The notes: generated by a model from the letters alone, not told the origin. A DNA stretch of 63,890 nucleotides from Synechococcus sp. (GCA_051439605.1 JBFRWN010000043.1:1-63890); one strand, 5' to 3'. Counted from the stretch's first letter, positions 20,408 through 31,180 are shown. Translations and numbers: made by a program.

Positions 20408-21835
20408 TTAGGGTTTGTTGGCTGCAATCCTGAGGCGATCGCCGAGTTGTTGGATCTGTCGGGCCACCTGTGGGTCTTTCTGCTGCATTTGAGTGACTTT
20501 CTCGCAGCTGTAGAGGACTGTCGTGTGATCCTTTCCCCCCAGTGCTTCGCCAATTTTCGGCAGGCTGAGTTTTGTATAGCTGCGCATCAAAAACATTGCT
20601 ACTTGACGAGCTTGGCTGATCTCTCGCTTGCGCGAGTTGCTCAGTAAATCCTCTTCACTAACTTTATATTCTTCACAGACCACTTCGACAATGACAGAGG
20701 GAGTCACCTCGCGGGATTGGGTAGGAGGATTCAAGATGGGTTCGATATTCTCGACGGACATGGTCAGGCCGGAAATCGACACGAAGGCAACGGCTCGAAT
20801 CAGCGCCCCTTCAAGTTCCCGGATGTTATTGGTGTAGGTAGAGGCAATGTATTCGATCACCTCGAGTGGTAAATGCATTCCCTCGTATTCCGCTTTCTTC
20901 TGGAGAATCGCCATTCGCGTTTCAATGTCGGGGGACTGAATTTCAGCAATTAATCCCATCGAAAAGCGGGAACACAGCCGCTCTTGCAGACGAGGAATGA
21001 GGTGGGGAGAACGGTCCGAGCAGAGAACAATCTGTTTACCCCGCTCGTGCAGCGTGTTGAAGGTATGGAAAAACTCTTCTTGGGTATATTCTTTTCCTTC
21101 AATGAATTGAATGTCATCCACCATTAAGACATCAACGTCCCGGTAGTGTTCTCGGAACGCCTGCATGCTATCTCGCCGAATGGCGTCGATTAAGTCATTG
21201 GTAAATCGTTCGGTCGAAACGTAAAAGATTTTGGTGTTCGGATCGGTTTCTAATCGATACTGGCCAATGGCCTGCATCAAGTGGGTTTTCCCCAACCCAA
21301 CTCCACCGCATAGAAATAAAGGATTGTAGGCACGACCGGGCATTTCAGCTACAGCTAAGGCTGCTGCGTGAGCCATACGGTTATTGGCCCCGACCACGAA
21401 TCGTGGAAAGGTGTATTTGGGGTTCAGTTCCACCATGCGAGCGCCGCTGTTATGGGGGGGGGCAGTATTGCCGCCTGCGGTTGGAGGACTCACGTGAGAG
21501 TTTGAGGGGGACCGATCTGAATAGGCGACTGTCGGGGGAGCGCTAGGCAGTTCTGTGGAGGAACGTCCGAGCTCGCTATCCTCACCATGACCAACCGAGA
21601 TAGAGATCTCTAAGGGTTCTCCTAAAATTCCCTCAACTACTGTGGCAATGGTGGCCACGTAATTTTTTTGGAGCCAATTGCGAGCAAACGTGTTGGGGGT
21701 TTGAATGGTCAGACAGTCATCGGTGAGTGACTCAGCCCGGGCCGTCTTAATCCAAGTTTCAAAGGTCGGACGACTGAGTTGCACCTGAAGGTGACCTAAA
21801 ACCTGTTCCCATAGCTGTTCCGCAGACAAACTCAC
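20408..21835 (-). CDS. dnaA: Chromosomal replication initiator DnaA
   Basis: [39 protein letters not shown]. Confidence 0.99.
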   Translation of the reverse strand: MSLSAEQLWEQVLGHLQVQLSRPTFETWIKTARAESLTDDCLTIQTPNTFARNWLQKNYVATIATVVEGILGEPLEISISVGHGEDSELGRSSTELPSAPPTVAYSDRSPSNSHVSPPTAGGNTAPPHNSGARMVELNPKYTFPRFVVGANNRMAHAAALAVAEMPGRAYNPLFLCGGVGLGKTHLMQAIGQYRLETDPNTKIFYVSTERFTNDLIDAIRRDSMQAFREHYRDVDVLMVDDIQFIEGKEYTQEEFFHTFNTLHERGKQIVLCSDRSPHLIPRLQERLCSRFSMGLIAEIQSPDIETRMAILQKKAEYEGMHLPLEVIEYIASTYTNNIRELEGALIRAVAFVSISGLTMSVENIEPILNPPTQSREVTPSVIVEVVCEEYKVSEEDLLSNSRKREISQARQVAMFLMRSYTKLSLPKIGEALGGKDHTTVLYSCEKVTQMQQKDPQVARQIQQLGDRLRIAANKP

Positions 21836-22015
21836 GCTTTGAACAAGCTCTCAACGCACAACACTCCCATTAGCTTTGACTAGCCTGGGATAGCTAGCAT
21901 ATCAGACTCGATTTTGATGCCCTCACCGTTCAACACAATGGAGAGAGTTGTTTATTGTGCCCTTGGTTCGCTAAGATAGGGGGCCTGCAAAAATAGCTGA
22001 TAAAAAGGTTTAGTT

Positions 22016-22153
22016 GTGACTAAGCGTACTCTAGGCGGTACTAACCGCAAACGTCGCCGTGTATCTGGATTTCGCGTGCGAATGAGAACTCCCGGAGGTC
22101 GTCGTGTAATTCGCAATCGCCGTGCAAAAGGGCGGGCTCGCTTAAGTGCGTAA
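22016..22153 (+). CDS. rpmH: 50S ribosomal protein L34 (not in the ORF track)
   Basis: Translated by hand from a GTG start: [45 protein letters not shown]. Confidence 0.96.
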   Translation: MTKRTLGGTNRKRRRVSGFRVRMRTPGGRRVIRNRRAKGRARLSA

Positions 22154-22159
22154 CGAATA

Positions 22160-22660
22160 TTGCTGCCATCTCATCATCGGCTGCGTAAAAGACAGGCGTT
22201 TGACTCGCTGTATCGCTCTGGTCGACTGTATCGTGGTCGTTGCTTAACTCTTCGATGCCTTTCAGTTTCTGACGTGACTGAAAACCAATTCTATGAAAAC
22301 AAAGCGGCTGGTTTACCTAGCCGCTTTGCTGTAATAGTCAGTAAAAAGGTTTGTAAGAATGCCGTAAATCGTAATCGTATCAAACGACGCATTCGCCATC
22401 AGCTACAAGAGTTTCTGGCTGATATCCCTCCTGGTTACCTGGTGGCAATTTCAGCCAACCGGTCTCGACCGCTTCGAGCGAAAGGACTCTCTCAAGGCCA
22501 AAAAAAAAGTGATGTTCAGAAATCACAGGAGTCTAACGAGATCGATCCTGCTTCAGAACTGCTGTGGGGTAGCAGGCAACAACTCAACCAAGAACTGCGC
22601 GAGTTATTGTATGCTGCTGGCTTGTTGAGTGGCACCGCACAAGGCTCCAGCCACGGCTAA
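22160..22660 (+). CDS. rnpA: Ribonuclease P protein component
   Basis: MLP..HRL; VSKKV.KNAVNRNRIKR RNR motif; directly after rpmH. Confidence 0.93.
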   Translation: MLPSHHRLRKRQAFDSLYRSGRLYRGRCLTLRCLSVSDVTENQFYENKAAGLPSRFAVIVSKKVCKNAVNRNRIKRRIRHQLQEFLADIPPGYLVAISANRSRPLRAKGLSQGQKKSDVQKSQESNEIDPASELLWGSRQQLNQELRELLYAAGLLSGTAQGSSHG

Positions 22661-22749
22661 TCAGTGAGGAGTGGTTGTACCCTAACCTGTTTTTGAAGGG
22701 AGCAAACCTCTAGAATAGGGTTAATCGTTTCTTTAGATTCTTGTGCCCC

Positions 22750-23157
22750 ATGGCCATTAAGGAAGAAGTCTTTTTTGAAGGAAAGCCTCATGTGGGCGAC
22801 CTGATATCGAATTCGGTCATTGGTCTGACCGTTGTCGGTTTGCCGCTATTTGTTGGGGCATTAGTTAGACGCCTTTGGGTGAGGTATCGAATCACGAACC
22901 GCCGCATAACCATTATGGGTGGTTGGAGAGGTCGCGAGCGCTCTGACATTATCTATAAAGAGATAGAGAAGCTGGTGAACGTGCCCCGTGGGTTTGGGGG
23001 GCAAGGGGATATTGTGCTGACTTTAAAAGATGGGAGCCGCCTAGAAATGCGCTCTGTCCCCAAATTCCGAGAAGTGTCAGAGTACATCTTGGAGCGCATC
23101 GATAGCACCGCTCGAAATAAAAGTGGGGCGGCTGGAGAGGTGACGAACTCCCGTTAG
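22750..23157 (+). CDS. PH-domain (bPH_2-like) protein of the cyanobacterial rnpA-yidC operon
   Basis: EEVFFEG.PH.GDL, RYRITNRRI, DGSRLEMRSVPKF. Confidence 0.88.
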   Translation: MAIKEEVFFEGKPHVGDLISNSVIGLTVVGLPLFVGALVRRLWVRYRITNRRITIMGGWRGRERSDIIYKEIEKLVNVPRGFGGQGDIVLTLKDGSRLEMRSVPKFREVSEYILERIDSTARNKSGAAGEVTNSR

Positions 23158-23338
23158 GATTCCCGAACTGCTGCCTGTTCGACTGACTGCAATCAAGTTG
23201 AACTGATGGTCACGTGCATGGATGAACGTGCATTGAGATAGCCATCAACCAATTAAACTGGGTGCTGAGTTTAAGTGTCGGTACTCAGCCGACAAAACCC
23301 TCTACAATGTAAACCAACTGTTACCAAACGAGTTCCGC

Positions 23339-24508
23339 ATGGATTTTGGCGTCGGATTTCTCTCCAACAATGTCATGCTGCCGATTCTGGACTTCTTTTA
23401 CGGAATCGTGCCTAGCTATGGACTAGCCATCATCTTTCTCACGTTAGTGATTCGCTTTGCGCTTTACCCCCTCAATGCTGGGTCGATCCGCAACATGCGC
23501 AAGATGAAGGTTGCACAGCCCTTGATGCAAAAGCGCATGAAGGATGCTCAAGAGAAATTTTCAGATGACCCAATGAAAATGCGGGAAGCACAGTCTGAAA
23601 TTTACAAAGAGTTTGGGAACCCCCTTGGTGGTTGCTTTCCTCTGTTGCTTCAAATGCCCATTCTGTTTGCCCTGTTTGCAACTTTGAAGGGATCGCCGTT
23701 TGCCGATGTGCCGTTCGACATCAACTTTAAGGTTGTTCCGCCCGAGGCCATGGCTGAAGTTGAGGTTGCCCCCACAAGTACATCAGCAAAGAATATTTTC
23801 TTTAACGATTCCCTCCATCGCCAAGTCGTTCTGACCTCTCCTCTGGGCTCCAAAATTGGCCAAGGCGATAGTACAAAAGTGGTTCTACAGGGGGTTGAGG
23901 GGCGTTCCTTCCAAGACATGCGTTCGGAATTTTCTGTCTCCGGCGATCGCGAACTAATTCCCTCCTGGACGGTTACCAAAGGAGAGGATCGAATTCACCT
24001 TGAGCCAGATGGCACCATCACTGCATTAGAGCCGGGTGATGTAACGGTTCAAGCAAAGGTTCCCGGTCTCGCTGCCGACACAGGTTTTTTGTTTATTGAA
24101 AAACTGGGTCGTATCGGTGCCTTTGGAGAAGATGGTGCTGTCCACTGGGACATCATCGCTATGGTGATTGTGTTTGGCTTATCCACCTACGTGAGCCAGG
24201 CCATCAACAGTTCTGGACCCAGCGGGAAAAGTGGTGACAACCAACAATCCATCAACAAAATTACCCCAGTCCTTTTTTCCGGCATGTTTTTGTTTTTCCC
24301 TCTGCCGGCTGGGGTTTTGATTTACATCGTCATCTCGAATGTTTTTCAGACTGTTCAAACCTACTTTCTCTCGCTTGAACCTCTGCCTGAGAACATTCAA
24401 AAGTTGGTGGAAGAAGAAAGGGTTGTACAGGAACGTGAAGGGCGTCAAGCAGACCGCGTAAGCAAATCTCAAGATGGAGGACGTGAGTCGCTGCCATTCG
24501 AGCGCTAA
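23339..24508 (+). CDS. yidC: Membrane protein insertase YidC/Alb3
   Basis: MDFGVGFLSNNVMLPILDFFY, GCFPLLLQMPILFAL, PLPAGVL.Y. Confidence 0.97.
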   Translation: MDFGVGFLSNNVMLPILDFFYGIVPSYGLAIIFLTLVIRFALYPLNAGSIRNMRKMKVAQPLMQKRMKDAQEKFSDDPMKMREAQSEIYKEFGNPLGGCFPLLLQMPILFALFATLKGSPFADVPFDINFKVVPPEAMAEVEVAPTSTSAKNIFFNDSLHRQVVLTSPLGSKIGQGDSTKVVLQGVEGRSFQDMRSEFSVSGDRELIPSWTVTKGEDRIHLEPDGTITALEPGDVTVQAKVPGLAADTGFLFIEKLGRIGAFGEDGAVHWDIIAMVIVFGLSTYVSQAINSSGPSGKSGDNQQSINKITPVLFSGMFLFFPLPAGVLIYIVISNVFQTVQTYFLSLEPLPENIQKLVEEERVVQEREGRQADRVSKSQDGGRESLPFER

Positions 24509-24541
24509 ACTTAAATACCGCTGGGGCGTGGATTTTGAGGG

Positions 24542-25030
24542 ATGAGCAAAGCGGACGCTGAGATGACTCGGGGAAAAGCATGGTTAGAGTCGGTTTTAGA
24601 ACTGATGTCTATTCCCGCATCCGTGAGCATCCTCGAAAATACTTTAGAAATTGATGCCGATCGTTTGCTTCCAGAGCAGCAGGAAGCTCTCATTGGGCAA
24701 GGTGGTTCGACTCTAGATGCTTTGCAGTATCTCGCCAACACCTTGCTCAATCTCAATCAGCCTTCTGAACTGCAACATCCCTACAGTATTGATTTGGCTG
24801 GTTATCGTCAGCATCGTAATGTAGAACTTGAGCGTCTTGTTGCTGTAGCAGTGGAACATGTGAGGGCTGGGCGCGGAGAATACGAACTTCAGTCGCTGTC
24901 GTCTGCCGAACGAAGGCAGATTCATACATTATTAGCAACTGAAGACTATGTAGATTTGGCGACTTTCAGCCGGGGCCGAGAACCCAACCGATGTTTAGTG
25001 GTGTGTATGGCTGAGGCCATGCAAGAGTAG
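24542..25030 (+). CDS. jag: Jag/KhpB-like KH + R3H RNA-binding protein
   Basis: LIG..G.TLDALQYL (KH), ERRQIH (R3H), SRGREPNR. Confidence 0.88.
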   Translation: MSKADAEMTRGKAWLESVLELMSIPASVSILENTLEIDADRLLPEQQEALIGQGGSTLDALQYLANTLLNLNQPSELQHPYSIDLAGYRQHRNVELERLVAVAVEHVRAGRGEYELQSLSSAERRQIHTLLATEDYVDLATFSRGREPNRCLVVCMAEAMQE

Positions 25031-25058
25031 CGCATGCAGAACCTATGACTCTGAACCT

Positions 25059-25544
25059 ATGCTTTGCCCCATCCCCTTAAAAGATCTTTTGCAAGCGCCC
25101 AATCGAACACGAGAGGTTGAATTTCGCCAGCAGATCTCTGATTTTGAAGCGCTCACTCCTGTCGAAGGGGTCGTGAAGGTAACCCACCGCGGAAATTTTG
25201 TAGAGGTTTCCGGGGAATTCAGTACGATAGTGACGTTGGACTGTTGTCGATGCTTGAACACTTACAACCATCGAATTTGTGCAGATGTTGATGAAATCTT
25301 GTGGTTAGAAAAAAATCAGCCCGAGCCAGGTCAAGAACTTGAATTGGGGATGGAGGATTTAGTAGAGGCCCTCGATCCCGATGGGATGTTTGATGTGGAG
25401 GACTGGACATACCAGCAGCTGTGTTTATCTCTGCCCCAGAAACAAATTTGCTCGGCAGACTGTTCTGGATTGACGGTTAAAGCAGGTGACGATCGCCCGA
25501 CAGATAGCCGTTGGGATGCTTTAAAACACTTCAAACTTCCGTAG
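25059..25544 (+). CDS. YceD/DUF177 family protein
   Basis: C.RCL and C...C.G motifs; DSRW.AL C-terminus. Confidence 0.9.
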   Translation: MLCPIPLKDLLQAPNRTREVEFRQQISDFEALTPVEGVVKVTHRGNFVEVSGEFSTIVTLDCCRCLNTYNHRICADVDEILWLEKNQPEPGQELELGMEDLVEALDPDGMFDVEDWTYQQLCLSLPQKQICSADCSGLTVKAGDDRPTDSRWDALKHFKLP

Positions 25545-25772
25545 TTGAATAGTCTGTTAGTGGAATATTGTCTTTTTTCTAAGTGTTTCTACCCAAGTGT
25601 CTGATTTGTACTAGATCGGTTGTTTTTGAACCTTTGGCATACTATCGATGGCCCTTTTGTATTGCTATAGCTTGATTTCATGCCTCGACAGGCTCCGTGG
25701 GGGTCAGGTGAAAATTGGTCTGGGAGTTGAATCGCAGTGGTTAGCATTCATGTCAAGGAACGGTTTTTGGGG

Positions 25773-26480
25773 ATGACAGGAGAAGAGCTACAGGCGCTGT
25801 ACATGTCTGGAGAACGGGATTTTTCCAATGCGGATCTTCAGGGTGCTGCGTTGAGCATGGCTACCCTGAGCGAGGTTGTTCTGAATGGTGCGAATTTGAG
25901 TGGTGCGATATTGATGGGGGTCGATCTAAGCCGCTCCGAGCTGGTAGGTGCTAATTTCCATCAAGCAAAGCTGTGGAAGGCAAACTTTAGCGTTTCTAAT
26001 TTGAACCAAGCGAATCTAAGTGAAGCCAACCTATGGGAGGCGAATTTGCTAGATGCCAATCTGATGAAGGCTGATTTTAGACGTGCGAACTTAACTGGTG
26101 CAGAACTGTGGAATGCTGACTTATCGCAGGCTGTTCTAAGTCGCGCAGACTGCACGGGGGTGAATTTAACGGGGGCTTGCATTGTACAAGCCGACTTAAC
26201 AAAGACTCAGTTGCGTAAGGCTGAATTGGTTAACGCCGATCTGGCAGATTCCGATCTGAGTTATGCGAACTTGATGGAAGCGAACTTGTCTGGTGCTAAT
26301 CTTTCTGGTGCGAACCTTGAGAGTGCGCAACTCATTGGCGCTAACCTCTCTTATGTGGAAGTTGTTCAGACGAATTTGGCCCATGTTTGCATGCGTGGGG
26401 CGCATGTGACGGGGGTAGATTTGTCCTCAGCGCATTGCGATCGTACGGTGATGCCCGACGGTACAATCCTGAATTGTTAG
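25773..26480 (+). CDS. Pentapeptide repeat protein
   Basis: Y..GERDFS followed by continuous A(N/D)Lxx repeats, ending MPDG. Confidence 0.92.
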   Translation: MTGEELQALYMSGERDFSNADLQGAALSMATLSEVVLNGANLSGAILMGVDLSRSELVGANFHQAKLWKANFSVSNLNQANLSEANLWEANLLDANLMKADFRRANLTGAELWNADLSQAVLSRADCTGVNLTGACIVQADLTKTQLRKAELVNADLADSDLSYANLMEANLSGANLSGANLESAQLIGANLSYVEVVQTNLAHVCMRGAHVTGVDLSSAHCDRTVMPDGTILNC

Positions 26481-26642
26481 CACTGAGCATGACTAGGCTC
26501 ACCTGTTGAGGGTGAGAGCTGATGGCAATCCGTAGACACTTGAAGGTTGCAATAGATTCACCATCTGAAGGTAGTCCCTAGACAAGCTGCTTCCAACTGT
26601 TTTTTTCGCAAGCTAGGTCTGAAGGCTCCATTTGGGGTTGAA

Positions 26643-27947
26643 TTGGTGACAGAATTGCTCAGCCGACAGGCGATCGCCGTTTCCTCATTGCAGGTTTATC
26701 GTTCGGTGCTGATTTCTCCGGTGGGTCAAGCATGGCTGAAGTGTGCAATGTTGGCGATTGAGACACCTCAGCAGGCATCCATCCGCGAACAAATCCAACT
26801 GCTTGATAGCTATGGCAGTTGGTTTCAGCAGTTGACTCGACAGGGAGTCAGTTGGACTGACTGGTTGATGCAGGAACTCCTGCAGGATGACAATCCGTTT
26901 TCACGGCTAGCTTCCGGAAATGATTTGCAATCGATTACACCAACGCTACGTGCAGCTGCGGGCCACGATTTAGACCGACTTCATTTGTTGTGGTCGCACC
27001 CTTACGAGTTATCCAAAGCCGTGCAAGGTTTAACGGGGGAGGATGTCATCGGTTGGCAAGGTCATACAGCTCTGGCGGGTGGCACCATCGTGGCACAGCT
27101 GAGCGGGTCCCCTAGTTGGAGTCAGTGTCTGCAAACTGTGGCTACTTACTACCGTGAAAACGGGGTAGGGCTTTTTGGCCGATATCGAGCGGCTCGCTGG
27201 CATAGTGGCGAGCATCAATTGCAGGGGGTTGCCAAACCAGATGCGATCTCTCTTTGTGAAATTTATGGATATGGACGTCAAAAGGTTGCATTGTGTGACA
27301 ACGTAGAGGCCCTGTTGGCTCGGCAACCGGCTTTGAACGTCTTGCTCTATGGTGCGCGCGGGACTGGAAAATCCTCATTGGTGAAAGCGTTATTGGGGGA
27401 ATACGGTGATCGCGGGCTCCGGATTGTCGAGCTTGCTCGTTCCGACCTGCAAGATTTATTGGCTGTCGTGGCACAGCTTGCCGACTTACCCCAGTCGTTC
27501 ATTTTGTTTGTTGATGATTTGTCCTTCTCTGCTGATGAGACGGATTACAAGCAACTGAAAGTCATGCTGGAGGGAGATATTGCGGCTCGGCCAAATAATG
27601 TTTGTTTGTATGCCACTTCTAACCGCCGTCATCTGGTGAAAGAGTATTTTGCTGATCGCCCCAACCCCAGTAACGATGAAGTGCATGCTTGGGATACGGT
27701 ACAAGAAAAACTCTCCTTGAGCGATCGGTTTGGACTGACCCTCACATTTCCCCCCTTTACGCAGGAAAGCTATTTTGCGACCGTTGAATATTTAGCGCAG
27801 TTACGTGAGTTATCCAATAGTGCGCAGGACTTGAGGAAACGGGCCTTAACATGGGCGCAACAACAAAACGGCTTTTCGGGTCGCACCGCTCGGCAGTTTA
27901 TCGATAAGTTGCAGAGGGCAGATATGGTGATTACTCCAGACACTTAA
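26643..27947 (+). CDS. AAA+ ATPase, DUF815 family
   Basis: LLYGARGTGKSS, FVDDLSF, YATSNRRHL, EKLSLSDRFGL, SGRTARQF. Confidence 0.92.
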   Translation: MVTELLSRQAIAVSSLQVYRSVLISPVGQAWLKCAMLAIETPQQASIREQIQLLDSYGSWFQQLTRQGVSWTDWLMQELLQDDNPFSRLASGNDLQSITPTLRAAAGHDLDRLHLLWSHPYELSKAVQGLTGEDVIGWQGHTALAGGTIVAQLSGSPSWSQCLQTVATYYRENGVGLFGRYRAARWHSGEHQLQGVAKPDAISLCEIYGYGRQKVALCDNVEALLARQPALNVLLYGARGTGKSSLVKALLGEYGDRGLRIVELARSDLQDLLAVVAQLADLPQSFILFVDDLSFSADETDYKQLKVMLEGDIAARPNNVCLYATSNRRHLVKEYFADRPNPSNDEVHAWDTVQEKLSLSDRFGLTLTFPPFTQESYFATVEYLAQLRELSNSAQDLRKRALTWAQQQNGFSGRTARQFIDKLQRADMVITPDT

Positions 27948-28114
27948 GCGATGGAGCCTGGGGAGTCCCCAAGGGTTGCTGCTGAACAGTTGTTCCCCAC
28001 CCTGGGAACTTTTATTGGCATGCAGTCAATTCGGCGGGGCCAGGCGGCTGAGATGTTTAACAATTGTTCGATTAAGGCATCTGCAGCAGACTAGAGGTAG
28101 TCTATAACCCAATT

Positions 28115-28909
28115 ATGGTATATCCCCTTTCTGCTTCACGGCTGCAGTCCTACCATCGCTGTCCGCAGGAATACTACTTCAAGTACGAACGCCAAGTGCC
28201 ATCCCGAGCCTTCTTTGGGTCGCAGGCGTTGGGAAATGCACTTCACGTCGCGTTGGCAAAAGTTTATGGAGACTGGGATTACAGCAGTGCTCGACCAGAG
28301 TGGCAATGGTTGCAAGCATGCTGGGCTCAATCCACAGAGCGCTTATCGGATAATCAGGTGGCTGAAGGGGAAAAAATACTTCGGCGATATTTTGACACCT
28401 TCATTACAGCTCAGCCCACCATGCACCGACCGCTGGGTATAGAAAGTCGAATTCAGGGACAGTTAGAAGTCGAGAATTTAGAATTTCGATTAACGGGTCG
28501 TTACGATCGCCTCGATTGGCTGGAGGATGGTCTTGAACTCATCGATTACAAATCCAATCGAGAAATTTCCCAGCGGGATCCTGCGGCAACAGATTTGCAG
28601 TTGGGATTATACTACCTGGCTCTAGAACAACAGTACGGAGCCAGCCTAAAACGCCTGAGTTTTATTTATTTGCGAACCTCTCAAGTGGTGAGTTTTGATG
28701 TCACACTGGACCATCGAGAGCGCGTACGCGAGACAATTGCGGATTTAGCCTTGCGGCTGAGACGGGATGATGATTGGCCCGCCCAAGTAGGTCACCAATG
28801 CGATAGCTGCTCTTATGCCCGCTATTGCTCTCAGGTGTGCGACGAGCCGGAGCCGTTGCCTGAAACAGAGCACCGCCGGACTCAGTTACAACTCACGTTA
28901 GGATTCTGA
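28115..28909 (+). CDS. PD-(D/E)XK nuclease, RecB/AddB/Cas4-like
   Basis: LS.SRL..Y..CP, G.YDRLD, IDYKS, QL.LY, C..C.Y..YC Fe-S staple. Confidence 0.88.
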   Translation: MVYPLSASRLQSYHRCPQEYYFKYERQVPSRAFFGSQALGNALHVALAKVYGDWDYSSARPEWQWLQACWAQSTERLSDNQVAEGEKILRRYFDTFITAQPTMHRPLGIESRIQGQLEVENLEFRLTGRYDRLDWLEDGLELIDYKSNREISQRDPAATDLQLGLYYLALEQQYGASLKRLSFIYLRTSQVVSFDVTLDHRERVRETIADLALRLRRDDDWPAQVGHQCDSCSYARYCSQVCDEPEPLPETEHRRTQLQLTLGF

Positions 28910-29178
28910 CTTCGGTGAGCGCAGTGAAGGAGCGATTGGGGTTTAGAGACTGACTCCCTTCATTGCTGGCTGTCACTGCATCCAGGCATACTCTCATCGG
29001 GAGCGGACTGCAATCGTACATTCACTGAGCTGAATATACTAACGATTCTGATGATTCCTGTTTGCAAGCTAGGTCACATATTCGTGAAATTAACTGCCAA
29101 TAGCAGCGAAATTTTTCTACGCTTTTCCAATGCGGAGTTATCCTGAGTAGGGTTCCGCGCTCACCGGAGATTGGCATA

Positions 29179-30135
29179 GTGGATACGTTTGAGTTTGATG
29201 TGGTCATTATTGGTGGCGGTCCTGCTGGATGCACCTGTGCTCTCTATACCTCCCGTGCCAATCTGAAGACGGTCATTTTAGATAAGAATGCATCTGTGGG
29301 TGCCCTGGCTATTACCCACAAGATTGCCAACTATCCTGGCGTTCCTGGAGAAGTCAGTGGAGCAGAATTACTGGATATCATGCGGGAGCAAGCAATCGAG
29401 TTTGGCACCAATTACCAAAGAGCGCAGGTGTTCGGGATTGAGGTGGATGGTCCTCTCAAGAAGGTTTACACCCCTGAAGGGACATTTGTGGGGCGTGCGC
29501 TAGTTTTGGCCACCGGTGCCATGGGCCGCGTAGCGTCTTTTGATGGAGAAGCAGAATTTTTGGGGCGCGGCGTCAGCTACTGTGCTACCTGCGACGGTGC
29601 ATTCTATCGCGATCGCGAGGTTGCGGTAGTGGGTCTCAACCAAGAAGCCGTTGAAGAGGCGCATGTACTGACGAAGTTTGCGTCCACTGTTCACTGGATT
29701 ACTGTGAAAGAGCCCCTACCAGAAGACGAGCATGCACAGGCTCTGTTAGGAAATACCAACGTTAAACATTGGAACCGCACCCGACTGATGTCCATTCATG
29801 GAGACGATATGGGAGTGACCGGAGTCCAGGTGAAGCACAAAGGGGAAGATGACCGTCAGGAGCTAGCGGTGGAAGGCGTATTTGTGTATCAAAGCGGTTC
29901 TAAGCCGATTACCGATTTCGTTGGGGAGCAGGTGGAGTTTAACCCTGACGGTGGCGTACGTGTTGATGAAATGATGGCCACCTCTGCTGACGGAGTGTGG
30001 GCAATTGGAGATATTCGCAATACCCCGTTTAAGCAAGCTGTAGTAGCGGCTGGAGACGGTTGTGTGGCTGCAATGTCAATCGATCGCTATCTCAACAGCC
30101 GGAAGAACATTAAGCCCGATTGGGATCACTCGTAG
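29179..30135 (+). CDS. Flavin thioredoxin reductase, probably the ferredoxin-dependent DTR/FFTR type
   Basis: GGGPAG FAD motif and YCATCDG active site; NADPH motifs replaced (GLNQEA, no HRR); C-terminal PDW tail. Confidence 0.85.
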   Translation: MDTFEFDVVIIGGGPAGCTCALYTSRANLKTVILDKNASVGALAITHKIANYPGVPGEVSGAELLDIMREQAIEFGTNYQRAQVFGIEVDGPLKKVYTPEGTFVGRALVLATGAMGRVASFDGEAEFLGRGVSYCATCDGAFYRDREVAVVGLNQEAVEEAHVLTKFASTVHWITVKEPLPEDEHAQALLGNTNVKHWNRTRLMSIHGDDMGVTGVQVKHKGEDDRQELAVEGVFVYQSGSKPITDFVGEQVEFNPDGGVRVDEMMATSADGVWAIGDIRNTPFKQAVVAAGDGCVAAMSIDRYLNSRKNIKPDWDHS

Positions 30136-30350
30136 GGGGATTGAGAAGGACGGATAAAGCGAAAGATCCATTACGGGCGAATGGTCGTTGCCTGAAAAAG
30201 TGTTAATTTGGCTGAGCATTGGAAATCAGCCTGGTTGAACATTGCAATCTCATTGCCCGCCATAGGCGATTGTGAGCATCTCGATTTCGGTGGCTCACTA
30301 CCAAGCCGTTTTCCCCCTTGCTAGAGAAACCCTCCACAGTGGCCGAATCT

Positions 30351-30704
30351 ATGACCCAGCGCGGACAGAATAAGGCGAAGCAAAAAACGTTCACCATCAT
30401 GCGCAAGTTTGCTGAGACGTATGCCAAGCGGACAGATACCTATTTCTGCTCGGATCCTACTGTGACCACAGCTGTCATTGAAGGATTAGCGGTTCATAAG
30501 GAGGAGCTGGGTGCTCCGCTCTGCCCCTGTCGCTTTTACGAGGATAAAGAGGCTGAGGTGAAGCGCGGCTACTGGAACTGCCCCTGCGTTCCGATGCGGG
30601 AGAGCAAAGAGTGCCATTGCATGCTCTTTTTGCCCCCCGATAATCCGTTTGCAGGTGACAGCCGTACTTTGGATGAAGAAGTGAAACTAAACTACGCAGA
30701 CTAG
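30351..30704 (+). CDS. ftrC: Ferredoxin-thioredoxin reductase catalytic subunit
   Basis: CPC, CPC and CHC motifs (PLCPCR, WNCPCVPM, ECHCMLF). Confidence 0.95.
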   Translation: MTQRGQNKAKQKTFTIMRKFAETYAKRTDTYFCSDPTVTTAVIEGLAVHKEELGAPLCPCRFYEDKEAEVKRGYWNCPCVPMRESKECHCMLFLPPDNPFAGDSRTLDEEVKLNYAD

Positions 30705-30713
30705 GTTCGCTGG

Positions 30714-31127
30714 GTGGATCCACTATTAGAGGAGTTGTCGCCGTCTGATGCCGCGCAATTTAGAGAGGCGATCGCTCAGTTTAACCGTCAGGAGTTTTAT
30801 GCTTGTCACGACACCCTAGAGGCGTTATGGGTAGAAGCGATCGAGCCTCAGCGGACCTTTTATCAGGGAGTTTTACAACTGGCGGTGGCCTATTACCACT
30901 TGCTGAATGGTAACTGGCGGGGGGCGCTCATCCTGATTGGGGAAGGGTTATCCCGTTTAGACTATTACGTCCCCGATTACCTCAACATCGATGTAGACTC
31001 TTTGGTTACAAGCAGCCAAAGCAACCAGCAGCATTTGCAGGAGCTGGGGGCTGAGAATCTCGCTCGGTTCGCTCGCGATCGCATCCCTCAAGTGCAATGG
31101 ATAGCCAATGATTCCCATGACCTGTAG
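30714..31127 (+). CDS. DUF309 domain protein
   Basis: FN..EFYACHDTLEALW; FYQG.LQLAV..YH. Confidence 0.9.
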   Translation: MDPLLEELSPSDAAQFREAIAQFNRQEFYACHDTLEALWVEAIEPQRTFYQGVLQLAVAYYHLLNGNWRGALILIGEGLSRLDYYVPDYLNIDVDSLVTSSQSNQQHLQELGAENLARFARDRIPQVQWIANDSHDL

Positions 31128-31180
31128 GTTTAGAATTCCTGCACTCAGCTCAGCTCTCGGCTGATGGCACAAATGTGCTT

